Positions 47,734-60,124 of a stretch of DNA of 64,000 bases are shown here, in pieces. The number at the start of each line of letters is the position of its first letter. The stretch's first letter is position 1. The translations under genes and the position numbers were made by a program. Under the pieces are notes generated by a model. The model was not told the origin of the DNA, ran no database searches, and saw only the letters and a program-made list of their open reading frames with translations. Source of the DNA: Acidimicrobiia bacterium (GTDB lineage Bacteria; Actinomycetota; Acidimicrobiia; Spongiisociales; ZC4RG35); contig BPGJ01000012.1 in NCBI GenBank assembly GCA_026002975.1, forward strand, positions 4,299 through 68,298. The letters are read 5' to 3'.

Positions 47734-49104
47734 TTGACACAGCAGACATCCGAGGACACACGGGCAGCCCGGTTCCTCGAGATCCTCCGGGCCGGGGTAT
47801 CGCACAGCGCATGGCAGGCCTGGCTGAGCCGCCTAGGGCTCGAGGTGGATGACGCGATGCTCACGGTGGTGGCACCCAGCGAGTTCCACCTCCGCTGGGT
47901 GATCGACAAGCACGGAGAGCTGATCGAACAGGCAGCCGTCACCGCCTTCGGCCCCGGGACCGAGCTCCGTTACGCCACCGGCGAGTCGGAACACACCCCG
48001 ACCCTGCCCACCACGGCCGACCCGCCGGCGTCGTCCAACGGCAACCCTCCCGACCGGGGGTCGACGTCACCCCGCCTGATCCGGAAATACCGGTTCGAGA
48101 ACTTCGTGGTCGGTCCGTCCAACCGGTTCGCCTGGGCCGCGGCCATGGCGGTCGCCGAACAGCCGGGCACCAACTACAACCCGCTGTTCATCTACGGCGC
48201 AGCCGGACTCGGAAAGACCCACCTCCTGCACGCGATCGGCCACCACTCCACCGAGATGTACCCCGGGTTGACGGTCCGTTACGTGTCCTCGGAGACCTTC
48301 TTCTCCGACTTCATCAACGGGATCAAGAGCAAACGAATGGAGGAGTTCAAGCTCCGCTACCGAGGGGCCGACATCCTCCTCCTCGACGACGTCCAGTTCT
48401 TCGAGGGCAAGGAGCAGATCCTCGAGGAGTTCTTCCACACCTTCAACACCCTCCACGAGGCCGGTCGGCAGGTGGTGATCACCTCCGACCGTCATCCCCG
48501 CAACCTGGCGACCCTGGAGGATCGACTCCGCAGCCGCTTCGAATGGGGCCTCCTCACCGACATCCAACCGCCCGACGTGGAGACCCGCCTGGCCATCCTC
48601 CGCAAGAACGTCGAAGCCGGCGACACCCCCATCCCCGGAGAGGTACTCGAGTTCATCGCCGGTCTGGTATCCGACAACATCCGGGAATTGGAAGGTGCCC
48701 TCACCCGGGTCACCGCCTTCGCCAACCTGACCGGGCAGCCCATCGACCTCCCCATGGCCGAACGGGTACTACAGGATCTGCTCCCCGGTCACGAAACCAA
48801 AGCGGTGGACGGACCCCAGATCATCAGAGCCACTGCGGCCGCCTTCGGATGCCCCGTGGACGAGGTTCTCGGTCCTACCCGCCGCCAGCCCATCGTCCTC
48901 TGCCGTCAGGTCGCCATGTACCTCTGCCGGGAGCTCACCGACCTGTCCTTGCCCAAGATCGGCGCCCTCTTCAATCGCGACCACACCACGGTGATGCACG
49001 CGATCGAGAAGGTGAAGTCGGTGATGCGGACCGACCGGGAGGTCTTCGATCAGGTCTCCGAACTCTCCCATTCCCTGAGGAAGACGGCTGGGGACAAACC
49101 GTGA
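47734..49104 (+). CDS. dnaA: Chromosomal replication initiator
   Basis: YNPLFIYGAAGLGKTHL, LLLDDVQF, RLRSRFEWGL, RDHTTVMHA. Confidence 0.97.
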   Translation: MTQQTSEDTRAARFLEILRAGVSHSAWQAWLSRLGLEVDDAMLTVVAPSEFHLRWVIDKHGELIEQAAVTAFGPGTELRYATGESEHTPTLPTTADPPASSNGNPPDRGSTSPRLIRKYRFENFVVGPSNRFAWAAAMAVAEQPGTNYNPLFIYGAAGLGKTHLLHAIGHHSTEMYPGLTVRYVSSETFFSDFINGIKSKRMEEFKLRYRGADILLLDDVQFFEGKEQILEEFFHTFNTLHEAGRQVVITSDRHPRNLATLEDRLRSRFEWGLLTDIQPPDVETRLAILRKNVEAGDTPIPGEVLEFIAGLVSDNIRELEGALTRVTAFANLTGQPIDLPMAERVLQDLLPGHETKAVDGPQIIRATAAAFGCPVDEVLGPTRRQPIVLCRQVAMYLCRELTDLSLPKIGALFNRDHTTVMHAIEKVKSVMRTDREVFDQVSELSHSLRKTAGDKP

Positions 49105-49296
49105 CCTTCCCCAACCTCGTTCCCCACCGGTCCTCTCCCTGTGTATCCCGAGGGTCTTTTCCCAACGCTCCTCCCCAGCCCCTACATGCGGCCCTACCAG
49201 GCAAAACACCCGCCTGTCCACATGTCCCCAGCAGCTATCACTATCACTACCGTTGAAGTTCCATTAGACAACCAGTAGGAGAAGGGAAACACCACA
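49105..49296. other. Probable oriC unwinding region
   Basis: dnaA-dnaN spacer with degenerate boxes, CTGTCCACA 49214-49222 and DnaA-trio-like CTATCACTATCACTAC 49235-49250. Confidence 0.75.
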
Positions 49297-50379
49297 TTGC
49301 GTATCCGAGCCGACAGAGACGATCTCGGTGACGTCCTCGGTAGAGCGAACCGGGCGATCGGCACCAGAACCGCCCTTCCCGTGTTACAGGGCTTGTTGTG
49401 TGAGGCATCCGGCAACCGCATCCGGGTCACCGGCAGCGATCTCGAGGTGACGGTTCGGACCGAGGCGACGGTCGAGGTGCTGGAGGAAGGTGTCGTCGTG
49501 ATCCCGGGACGTCTCGCCGAACAGGCGGTGAAACGCATGCCGGCCGGCCAGGTGACGATCGGCACCAACGACGGCGACGTCGAGATCGTCGGCAAAGGTC
49601 CCCGGTTCTCGCTCCGACAGCTCTCGGTGGAGGATTATCCGGCTCTCGACGAGCCGGACCTGGGAGGCACCGAGGTCGACGGGGACGAGTTGGCGGCCGC
49701 CATCGGGCAGGTCACGGTGGCGGCATCCACCGACGCAGCCCGTCCCATCCTCACCGGGGTGTTGTTCGAGACCCGAGAGGAGGGTCTTCGGTTGGTGGCG
49801 ACCGATTCGTATCGACTGGCGATCCGAGACCTGCCTGGCGTAGGGGTGGAAGGAACCGGGCTCCTACCGGCTCGGGGACTCAAGGAGCTCCCCCGGACGG
49901 TCGGGGCCACCAAGGTCCAGGTCGGGCTGGGCGACAGGGAAGGCCTGTTCTCGTCGGAGCGAGGGATGCTCCGGGTTCGGATGATCGAAGGGTCGTTTCC
50001 CAAGTACCAGTCGTTGGTGCCGGATCGATATCCCAACGAGGTGGTGGTACCGAAAGAAGACCTGCTGGAAGCCCTCAACCGGGTTGCGTTGGTGGCGGAG
50101 GACCACATCCCGGTGCGGCTGACCCTCACCGACGGCGGGATCGAACTCTCGGTGACGCGGCAGGACGTGGGTGGCGAGTCGGAGCACATTCCGGGGGCCT
50201 ATCGAGGTGACAGTGAGAGCCTGTTGATCGCTTTCAACCCCAGATACCTGGCCGACGGGGTGGGAGCCGTTGCGACCGAGGAAGTGTCGATCCAGGCCAT
50301 CGACGGACTGAAGCCGAGCGTCATTCGGGGTGTCGACGATCCGACGTTCCTGTACCTGCTGATGCCGGTGCGGATCTGA
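49297..50379 (+). CDS. dnaN: DNA polymerase III beta clamp
   Basis: LVATDSYRLA, IAFNPRYL, YLLMPVR. Confidence 0.96.
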   Translation: MRIRADRDDLGDVLGRANRAIGTRTALPVLQGLLCEASGNRIRVTGSDLEVTVRTEATVEVLEEGVVVIPGRLAEQAVKRMPAGQVTIGTNDGDVEIVGKGPRFSLRQLSVEDYPALDEPDLGGTEVDGDELAAAIGQVTVAASTDAARPILTGVLFETREEGLRLVATDSYRLAIRDLPGVGVEGTGLLPARGLKELPRTVGATKVQVGLGDREGLFSSERGMLRVRMIEGSFPKYQSLVPDRYPNEVVVPKEDLLEALNRVALVAEDHIPVRLTLTDGGIELSVTRQDVGGESEHIPGAYRGDSESLLIAFNPRYLADGVGAVATEEVSIQAIDGLKPSVIRGVDDPTFLYLLMPVRI

Positions 50380-50382
50380 CGT

Positions 50383-51471
50383 GTGCGGATCGGATGGGTC
50401 AGCCTCCAGGACTTCCGTTCCTACAGGGAAGTCCATTGGCGGCCGGATCCCAGCCTGAGCATATTGGTGGGGCCCAACGCGGCGGGGAAGACCAACCTCT
50501 TGGAGGGGGTCGCCTATCTGGCGCTCCTCCGGTCGTTTCGGCGGGCTCCTGACGGGGTGCTGGTGCATCGTGACGCAGCGACCGGGATCGTCCGGGGCGA
50601 GGTGCGCCGAACCGACCGGTCGGCGCTGATCGAGATCGAGATTCCCCGACAAGGACGCAAGCAGGTGCTCCTGAACGGCAAGAGACCGGCACGCCACTCG
50701 GAGCTGTCAGGTGCTCTGCGGGTGGTGACCTTCCTCCCCGACGATCTCGACCTGATAAAACGGGGGCCGGGCGAACGCCGGTCCTATCTAGACGAGGTCG
50801 CCTACCAGGTGTGGCCGGGAGCCGCGGCCGAGCAAGCCCAGTTCGAGCGGACCCTCCGCCAACGGAACGCGTTTCTCAAGAGGGGGGCCGACGATCCCGT
50901 CACCTGGGCGGTGTGGGACGAGAGGCTGGCAGACAGCGGAGCCCGGCTGGTGGCCCGCCGTCACCAGGTGGTGACCGCCCTGAGTGGGTTCCTCACCGAT
51001 GCCTACCGGGACATCGCGGGGAAAGGACGGGTGGAGTTCGTCTACCGGGCGATGTGGACCGACCGTCCGGAGGCGGGAGTGGAAGACCTGAGGGCGGACC
51101 TGCACCGGGCTCTGGAAGCCAGCCGCCGCACCGACGCAGAGCGGAGGATCACCACGGTCGGTCCCCACCGGGACGACCCCAACCTGCTGGTGGACGGTCG
51201 GGACGCCCGTTACGAAGCCAGCCAGGGCGAACAGCGAAGTCTGGTCCTGGCTCTCCGCCTCGCCGCCCATCGGGTCATCCGGGAGATCACCGGCGAGGAG
51301 CCGGTCCTCCTCCTCGACGACGTGTTCTCCGAGTTGGACGTCGATCGGGCGGTCGCCTTGCAGGCTGCGCTGCCTCCGTCCCAGACCGTGGTCACCACCA
51401 CCGCGCTCGAGCACGTCCCTCTGGAAGGAGCGATCTTCGAGGTGCGGGGCGGGGAGGTGGTGCCTCGATGA
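50383..51471 (+). CDS. recF: DNA replication/repair protein RecF
   Basis: GPNAAGKTNLLE, GPHRDD, SQGEQRS, LLDDVFSELD. Confidence 0.95.
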   Translation: MRIGWVSLQDFRSYREVHWRPDPSLSILVGPNAAGKTNLLEGVAYLALLRSFRRAPDGVLVHRDAATGIVRGEVRRTDRSALIEIEIPRQGRKQVLLNGKRPARHSELSGALRVVTFLPDDLDLIKRGPGERRSYLDEVAYQVWPGAAAEQAQFERTLRQRNAFLKRGADDPVTWAVWDERLADSGARLVARRHQVVTALSGFLTDAYRDIAGKGRVEFVYRAMWTDRPEAGVEDLRADLHRALEASRRTDAERRITTVGPHRDDPNLLVDGRDARYEASQGEQRSLVLALRLAAHRVIREITGEEPVLLLDDVFSELDVDRAVALQAALPPSQTVVTTTALEHVPLEGAIFEVRGGEVVPR

Positions 51472-51797
51472 GGAGGGAACCGACCGCGATCGGCGACCTG
51501 ATCCGGCGGGTGCTGGGCGGACTAGGTCTGGACGACCCCACGACCTGGGAGGCGCTCCGACGGGACTGGTCCGAACTGGCGGGGGCGCCCTGGGACCGGT
51601 TGGCCCGACCGCTGTCTCTCCGTAGGGGACTCCTGGTGGTGGAAGCGGCTTCACCTGCCGCGGTGGGCGTCCTCCGCTACGGGCTGGATGGGCTGCGGCA
51701 GCGACTCGAGTCGAGCCTCGGTGAAGGCACCGTCCGGGAGGTGGAGCTCCGGCCTCCGCCTCGCTCACACCTTGGGGATCACCGCCGCATCGACTAG
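51468..51797 (+). CDS. DUF721/DciA helicase operator
   Basis: W.ELAG..ARPLSL..G.LVV; position between recF and gyrB. Confidence 0.8.
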   Translation: MRREPTAIGDLIRRVLGGLGLDDPTTWEALRRDWSELAGAPWDRLARPLSLRRGLLVVEAASPAAVGVLRYGLDGLRQRLESSLGEGTVREVELRPPPRSHLGDHRRID

Positions 51798-51812
51798 AAT
51801 TACAACACGTGA

Positions 51813-53849
<2,037 letters not shown>

Positions 53850-53854
53850 AGCCC

Positions 53855-56293
53855 ATGCCAGACGAGACCCACGACGTATCCGGTTACCGCGACGTCGACA
53901 TAGTCGACGAGATGGAGCAGGCGTTCATCGACTACGCCATGTCGGTGATCGTCTCCCGGGCGCTGCCCGACGTGCGGGACGGCCTGAAGCCCGTGCAGCG
54001 GCGGATCATCTACTCGATGTTCGAGAACAACATCGGGCCGGGGACCCCCCACCGCAAGTGCGCCAAGGTGGTGGGGGAGGTGATGGGGAACTACCACCCT
54101 CACGGCGACCAGGCGATCTACGACGCCCTGGTGCGGATGGGGCAGGACTTCTCGATGCGGTACCCGCTGATCGACCCGCAGGGGAACTTCGGAACGATCG
54201 ACGACCCACCCGGCGCGCAGCGTTACACCGAGGCCCGGCTCAGCGCCCTGGCCATGCACCTCCTCGACGGCATCCGGGAGGACACGGTCGACTGGGTGGA
54301 GAACTATTCGGGGGAGCTGGTGGAACCGGCGGTGTTGCCCGCCCGTTTCCCCAATCTGCTCGCCAACGGCTCCCAGGGGATCGCGGTGGGTATGGCCACC
54401 AACATCCCGCCTCACAACCTGGGCGAGGTGATCGACGCCTGCATCCACATGTTGGAGAACCCCGACTCCGACTCCGAGGAGCTCATGCGGTTCGTCAAGG
54501 GCCCTGACTTCCCCACCGGGGGCTACCTGGTGGGAACCGCCGGGATCCGGGAGGCGCTCGCCACCGGGCGGGGATCGGTGAAGATCAGGGCGGTGGCCGA
54601 CGTCCAGGAGGTGAAGAAGGGACGCACCGCGATCGTGGTCACCGAGTTGCCCTACCAGGTGTCGATCGAGCGGGTCATCTCCAAGATCAAGCAGCTGGTC
54701 GACGACAAGAAGCTGAACGGCATCGCCGACGTCCGCAACGAGTCGTCCTCCAGGGTGGGGATTCGGCTGGTGATCGAGTTGACGAAATCGGCCAATCCGC
54801 AAGTCGTTCTCAACCAGCTCTACAAGAACACCCCCCTGCAGGATTCGTTCGGTTACAACATGGTGGCCCTGGTCGACGGGGTGCCCCGAACCCTCAACCT
54901 GGCGGAGATGGTCGGGTACTACCTCGACCATCAGATGGAGGTCATCGAGCGGAGGACCCGGTACCGGCTCGCCCAAGCCAGGGACCGGGCCCACATCCTC
55001 GAAGGGCTGATCGTCTGCGTCGACAACATCGACGAGGTGATTCGCATCATCCGGGGGTCGGCCGACACCCCGGCGGCCCGGACGGCCCTGATGGACCGGT
55101 TCGACCTAACCGAGATACAGGCCAACGCCATCCTCGACATGCCGCTGAGGCGCCTCACCGCATTGGAGGTGGACAAGCTCCGCCAGGAGTTGGAGGAACT
55201 GCGGGCCGTCATCGCCGAGCTGGAGGCGATCCTCGCCGACCCGGCTCGGCGACGAGCGATCATCCGGGAGGAGCTGGAGGGGATCAAGGAGAAGTACGGC
55301 GACGCCCGCAGATCCCGGATCGTCCCCGACGAAGGCGAGCTGTCCCTCGAGGACCTGATCGCCGACGAGGAGCTCATCGTCACGGTCTCCCAGACCGGGT
55401 ACCTGAAGGCGGTGCCTGCCGCCACCTACCGCACCCAGGGGAGGGGAGGCCGGGGCGTCAAAGCCGCGGAGGTGGCCGAGGACGACGTGATCGCCCATCT
55501 GGTCCACACCACCGCCCACGCATACCTGCTGTTCTTCACCAACTCAGGCCGGGTCCACCGCATCAAGGCCCACCAGATCCCGATCCAGGGTCGCACCTCC
55601 CGGGGCGTGTTGGCCCAGTCGGTGCTGCCCCTCGACCCGGAGGAGCGGATCCAGGCGGTGATCGACACCCGGGACTACGAGACCAACCGCTACCTGGTGA
55701 TGGTGACCCGGCACGGGCAGGCCAAGAAGACCGAGTTCAGGGAGTACGACTCCCGCAACACGACGCTGGTGGCGATCCGTCTTGACGAGGGCGACGAGCT
55801 GGTGGCGGTCCGGACCACCAACGGAGACGACGACGTGCTGATCTTCACCGAGCAGGGTATGGGTATCCGGTTCCCGGAGACCGACCTGCGGCCGATGGGT
55901 CGGGCCACCCGGGGGGTGAGGGGGATCCGCCTCCGGGAGGGCGACCGGGTGGTGGCGGCGGCGTCGTCCAAGGACGGAGACGAGATACTTCTGGTCACCT
56001 CGGGTGGATACGGCAAACGAACCCCTCTCGACGAGTTTCCCCGTCAAGGCCGGGGAGGTGTGGGGGTGAAGGCGATCAAGCTGACCCGGGTGAGGGGCCG
56101 TCTGGTCGGAGCCAGGGCCGTCACCAAGGACCGCGAGGTGTTCCTCATCTCGTCGGCAGGGATCGGGATCCGCACCAAGGTGTCCCAGATCTCGAGGCAG
56201 TCCCGGGCGGCCACCGGGGTGAAGGTGATGGACGTGGGCGACGGTGAGCTGTCGGCTTTCACCGTGGTACACAGGGAGGATGAGCCAGACTGA
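53855..56293 (+). CDS. gyrA: DNA gyrase subunit A
   Basis: [25 protein letters not shown], GyrA-box QGRGGRG. Confidence 0.97.
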   Translation: MPDETHDVSGYRDVDIVDEMEQAFIDYAMSVIVSRALPDVRDGLKPVQRRIIYSMFENNIGPGTPHRKCAKVVGEVMGNYHPHGDQAIYDALVRMGQDFSMRYPLIDPQGNFGTIDDPPGAQRYTEARLSALAMHLLDGIREDTVDWVENYSGELVEPAVLPARFPNLLANGSQGIAVGMATNIPPHNLGEVIDACIHMLENPDSDSEELMRFVKGPDFPTGGYLVGTAGIREALATGRGSVKIRAVADVQEVKKGRTAIVVTELPYQVSIERVISKIKQLVDDKKLNGIADVRNESSSRVGIRLVIELTKSANPQVVLNQLYKNTPLQDSFGYNMVALVDGVPRTLNLAEMVGYYLDHQMEVIERRTRYRLAQARDRAHILEGLIVCVDNIDEVIRIIRGSADTPAARTALMDRFDLTEIQANAILDMPLRRLTALEVDKLRQELEELRAVIAELEAILADPARRRAIIREELEGIKEKYGDARRSRIVPDEGELSLEDLIADEELIVTVSQTGYLKAVPAATYRTQGRGGRGVKAAEVAEDDVIAHLVHTTAHAYLLFFTNSGRVHRIKAHQIPIQGRTSRGVLAQSVLPLDPEERIQAVIDTRDYETNRYLVMVTRHGQAKKTEFREYDSRNTTLVAIRLDEGDELVAVRTTNGDDDVLIFTEQGMGIRFPETDLRPMGRATRGVRGIRLREGDRVVAAASSKDGDEILLVTSGGYGKRTPLDEFPRQGRGGVGVKAIKLTRVRGRLVGARAVTKDREVFLISSAGIGIRTKVSQISRQSRAATGVKVMDVGDGELSAFTVVHREDEPD

Positions 56294-56465
56294 CCGTGCC
56301 CCCGGTCCGATGCCCGAGCGCTGTCGACTCTTTAGGCGGAGGCGGTAGGTGATGGCGGCGTGGAGGACCGGTCGGGTACTGCACGGGCGGCGCCGCCTCG
56401 ACCAACTCGGCCGGGTCGCGCCCATGGCCGGTAGAATGCCGAGCTCCGCAGGAGAGGAGGCCTGA

Positions 56466-56933
56466 ATGGCCGAGGTCCGCCGTGTCCGGCGAATAATCCG
56501 CAGGGTCGACCCTTGGACGGTGTTCAAGGTGTCGGCCATCTTCTGGGCGGTCGTTTCCCTGGGGTTGGTGCTCGGTCTGGTCATGTTCTGGTCCACCGTC
56601 AACGCCGCGGGGCTACCCCAGAAGGTGACCGACTTCCTGATAGAGATCACCCTGTTGGAGGAGGGGTCCCAGCCGTTCGCCGACACCGACGCCTTCCTCC
56701 GCCTCGCCGTGTTCGGATCGGTGTTCTTCGGGGTGCTCGCGACCGGGCTGTCCACCTTGGCTGCTGTGATGTACAACCTGATCGCCGACGTGGTGGGGGG
56801 AGTGGAGCTGGTCGTGTTGGAGGAGACGCTGACTCCGGTGGTCAGGCCGGTACCTGCGCCTCCCGTGGTCCAGACCAGTTCCACGGTCGACGTCGAGACC
56901 GAAGAGACTCCGGTCAGGGTGTCGTCGAGCTGA
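56466..56933 (+). CDS. DUF3566 transmembrane protein
   Basis: RRVDPWTVFKVS..YNLIADVVGGVE; actinobacterial gyrA neighbour. Confidence 0.88.
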   Translation: MAEVRRVRRIIRRVDPWTVFKVSAIFWAVVSLGLVLGLVMFWSTVNAAGLPQKVTDFLIEITLLEEGSQPFADTDAFLRLAVFGSVFFGVLATGLSTLAAVMYNLIADVVGGVELVVLEETLTPVVRPVPAPPVVQTSSTVDVETEETPVRVSSS

Positions 56934-57514
56934 CTACCAGCCCGAGTTCGACGACCCGGGCTTCGTAGTCGGGATGGTTCCACACTGGGCCGGGAGGACA
57001 GAACACCCCCGCAGCCAGACACACCGCAGCCATGTAGGCCGGGTCGTCTACCACCGCCCGGGCTCGATCCCCGACGAAGGCGACCACCCCCGGCGACCCG
57101 GCGCTCGGTGGGAGCGAACCACACGCCGTCGGGACCCTGTTCGGCCCGTAGCCACCCGAGCGGGGCCGGGAACGGTATCCGCCGGCCCCGTCTGAGAGGC
57201 CGACCTGCGACGGTGATGGCCGGTTCGGCCCCCGGCAGGTCACGGCCCAGGGTGCGGGCCAGGCCGGAGGGGGAAGCCCATTCGACTTGACCTCCCCCCG
57301 AAGGGGTCACCTGGCGCAGGCCGAGTCCTTCGACGGGTCGCGCCGTCACCAGAACATCGAACCCGTCGGGTGTCTCCACGCTCCGCATCCGATGCTCCCA
57401 ACCCGGGCCCGGACGGTGCCGAAGCAACCCGACCTCGGTGATCTCCCGATGGGCGGCCAGGGCCGCCGCGGCGCGGGAGGTCGTCTGGTCGGTCACGTTC
57501 ACTACGACCCGCAT
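56914..57514 (-). CDS. Hypothetical protein, frameshift in the G run at 57087-57091
   Basis: MRVVVNVTD...IPFPAPLGW in one frame continues VVAFVGD..VVDDPAYMAAVCLAAG in another. Confidence 0.55.
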
Positions 57515-57524
57515 CACCCTCAGG

Positions 57525-59153
57525 CTAAGAGGAAATACCTTCCTCCCAGGCGGCCCGCAGCGCTCTCCGCATGATCTTGCCGGTGGTGGTGCGGGGAAGG
57601 TCGTCGACGAACCGAACGTGGCGGGGCACCTCGTGGGCGGCGAGACGGACTCGGACGTGGTCCTGCAGCTCGGCGGCCAGCCTGTCGGACGGCTCCATTC
57701 CCGGCCGGAGCACCACGAAGGCTGCGGGCACCTGTCCCCGCAGATCGTCGGGGACACCCACCACGGCACATAGAGCCACCGCGGGGTGTCCCATCAGGCA
57801 GTCCTCGATCTCGCCCGGTCCGATCCGGTATCCCATCGACGAGATCACGTCGTCTTTGCGGCTCACGAACCACAGGTAGCCGTCGGGGTCCTCCATGCCG
57901 AGGTCGCCGGTGAGGAGCCATCCGTCCCGGAACTTCTCGGCGGTGGCGTCCGGACGGTTCCAGTAGCCGAGCATGATCACCGGGTCGGGCGCCGCGACGC
58001 AGATCTCTCCGACCTCGCCGATCAGCCTCCTGCCCTCTTCGTCCTGGACCTGGACGTCGTGGCCGGGCAAGGGGCGCCCCATCGACCCGGGCCTGACCGG
58101 CCACACCGACGAGCAGTTGCCCACCACCAGGTTGGCTTCGGTCTGGCCGTAACCCTCGTTGATGGGTGCTCCGAGACCCTCCCGACCCCAGGCCAGCATC
58201 TCCTCCCCGAGCGGCTCCCCGCCGGTGAAGACCGCTCGTAGCCGCAGGCCGGAGGCCCGGGTGACCCCGGCGGCCCGCATCATCTTCAGGGCGGTGGGGG
58301 GAAGGAATGTGAGGGTGACCCGGTGGTCGGCCATCAGGTCGGCGGCCCACTCCGGGTCGAAGTCGTGGTCGGCGGTGAGGACGGTGATGCCGAAGTACCA
58401 GGAGGGAACCAGCACGTCCATCAACCCGCCGATCCACGCCCAGTCGGCCGGGGTCCAGATCAGGTCGTGGCGGTCCCCGGGCCGGCTGCTGGGCAGCGTG
58501 GCGAGGTCTGTGCGGCCTTCCGGGGCCACGTCGGCGAACTCGTAGTAGCACTCGAACCCGGGAAGGTGCCCGAACAGGGACCGGTGGGCGTGGAGAGCCC
58601 CTTTGGGTGGGCCGGTGGTTCCCGAGGTGTAGATCAGATAGGCCGGGTCCTGCGACGACGATTCCACCGGCTGGAACCGGTCGGAGGCCGAGTCCATCAT
58701 TCCTTCCAGGTGGTCCCCGGTCACCAGCCGGGGCAGGTCGGGTGCCGCCTCTGCGACCTTGTCGACGTTTTCGGGGCTGACGATCACCGCCTTGGCCCCC
58801 GAGTCGGCCAGCCGGTAGGCGAGAGCGTCGGGTCCGAACAGGGAAGCCAACGGGAGGGACACCCCACCCAGTTTCCAGATCGCCAGATGGGCCACACCGG
58901 CGGCGAGGGACTGGGGAACAACCACCCCCACCCGGTCGCCCTGGACGACCCCCAACCCGGCCAGCACGTTGGCGAGCCGGTTGGAGAGTCGCGACAGGTG
59001 CCCGAACGTGTAGGTGGTGGGGCGGCCTAGGCGGTCGATCGCGATCAGGGCGGGTCGGTGGGCCGGGTGGGCGTCGGAGCAGGCCACCCCGAGGTTGAAC
59101 CTCTCGGGGATCCTCCAGGTGAACTGTCGACGCAACGTCTCGTAGTCGGTCAC
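57525..59153 (-). CDS. Acyl-CoA synthetase (AMP-binding)
   Basis: IYTSGTTGPPKG, YGQTE, TGDLG, TTTGKI. Confidence 0.93.
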   Translation of the reverse strand: MTDYETLRRQFTWRIPERFNLGVACSDAHPAHRPALIAIDRLGRPTTYTFGHLSRLSNRLANVLAGLGVVQGDRVGVVVPQSLAAGVAHLAIWKLGGVSLPLASLFGPDALAYRLADSGAKAVIVSPENVDKVAEAAPDLPRLVTGDHLEGMMDSASDRFQPVESSSQDPAYLIYTSGTTGPPKGALHAHRSLFGHLPGFECYYEFADVAPEGRTDLATLPSSRPGDRHDLIWTPADWAWIGGLMDVLVPSWYFGITVLTADHDFDPEWAADLMADHRVTLTFLPPTALKMMRAAGVTRASGLRLRAVFTGGEPLGEEMLAWGREGLGAPINEGYGQTEANLVVGNCSSVWPVRPGSMGRPLPGHDVQVQDEEGRRLIGEVGEICVAAPDPVIMLGYWNRPDATAEKFRDGWLLTGDLGMEDPDGYLWFVSRKDDVISSMGYRIGPGEIEDCLMGHPAVALCAVVGVPDDLRGQVPAAFVVLRPGMEPSDRLAAELQDHVRVRLAAHEVPRHVRFVDDLPRTTTGKIMRRALRAAWEEGISS

Positions 59154-59185
59154 GACCTCAAGTTACCGACGGCATACTGGATGCG

Positions 59186-59575
59186 ATGGCCAGGAACGTG
59201 CTCGGCGGGGAACTGGAACCCTGCTCCTTCGATCCCCTCACCGGCTGGTATCGGGACGGGTCGTGCAACACCGACGACTCCGATGTGGGGAGCCACACCA
59301 TATGCGCGGTCGTGACCCGGGAGTTCCTCGAGCATCAGTTGCGGATCGGCAACGACCTGGTCACTCCCAGGCCCGAGTTCCGATTCCCCGGCCTGCGTCC
59401 CGGCGACCGGTGGTGCGTCACCGCGGCCAACTGGCTGCGGGCCCATCTCGACGGTGCGGCCTGCCCGGTGGTGTTGGCCTCCACCCACGAGCGAGCACTG
59501 GAGATCGTCCCGTTGGAGGTCCTGGAATCGTATTCGGTCGACGTGCCCCCCGACCCGGGTGGTCTGGAGGGGTGA
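59186..59575 (+). CDS. DUF2237-family protein
   Basis: NVLGGELEPC..TGWYRDG.C, GNDL.TP, GLRPGDRWC. Confidence 0.9.
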   Translation: MARNVLGGELEPCSFDPLTGWYRDGSCNTDDSDVGSHTICAVVTREFLEHQLRIGNDLVTPRPEFRFPGLRPGDRWCVTAANWLRAHLDGAACPVVLASTHERALEIVPLEVLESYSVDVPPDPGGLEG

Positions 59576-59684
59576 GGTCGGGCAGGTGGTTGTGGCATGC
59601 CGGATACCAGGCGATCGACCGGCACTACGACAGCAGTTCCCGAACCCCTTGACATGGTCCGGATGTCGAGGGATGTTTGGGGGC

Positions 59685-60083
59685 ATGTCGGGGTCGGCTT
59701 CCCGGGAGGCTCTGTATGCTGAGCTCGAGAGGGTGCTCGGCCGTGAGCACGCCCAGACGCTCATGAGTTACCTGCGACCATCCGACGAGATGGCCACCCG
59801 GTCGGACGTTCAATCCCTGGGTGGCCGGGTGCACACACTGGGAGACGAACTCGCCCGGGTAGCAGCCCGGGTCGACGAGCTTCGGGTACGCATGGATCGG
59901 CTCGAGGAGCGGATGGACCGTTTCGAGCAGCGGTTCGACCGGTTCGAAGAACGCCTCGAAGCCCGCTTCGAAGCCCTGGCCGAGCGTATGGACCGGATGC
60001 AGCGCTTCTACGTCGGCACCACCGTCTGGTCGATGACCGGCCTCACCGCCATCTTCGCGCTGGTGGTGGGACTGATCGTCTGA
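59685..60083 (+). CDS. Coiled-coil protein with C-terminal TM (CCDC90/DUF1640-like)
   Basis: ATRSD motif, RMDR(L/F)E heptad repeats, C-terminal TM; upstream TTGACA-N17-GATGTT suggests a leaderless start. Confidence 0.75.
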   Translation: MSGSASREALYAELERVLGREHAQTLMSYLRPSDEMATRSDVQSLGGRVHTLGDELARVAARVDELRVRMDRLEERMDRFEQRFDRFEERLEARFEALAERMDRMQRFYVGTTVWSMTGLTAIFALVVGLIV

Positions 60084-60124
60084 CGCCCCGAGCGAGGGTC
60101 GGGTACCCCGGCCCGCCGCGGTAG

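Noticed and set aside
55544-57769. 741-aa minus-strand ORF
   Set aside because: Only 57514 to about 57090 is plausibly coding; the rest is antisense to DUF3566 and gyrA.
59890-60000. Tandem repeat or CRISPR-like array
   Set aside because: Imperfect in-frame heptad repeats of a coiled coil; no spacers and no cas genes.
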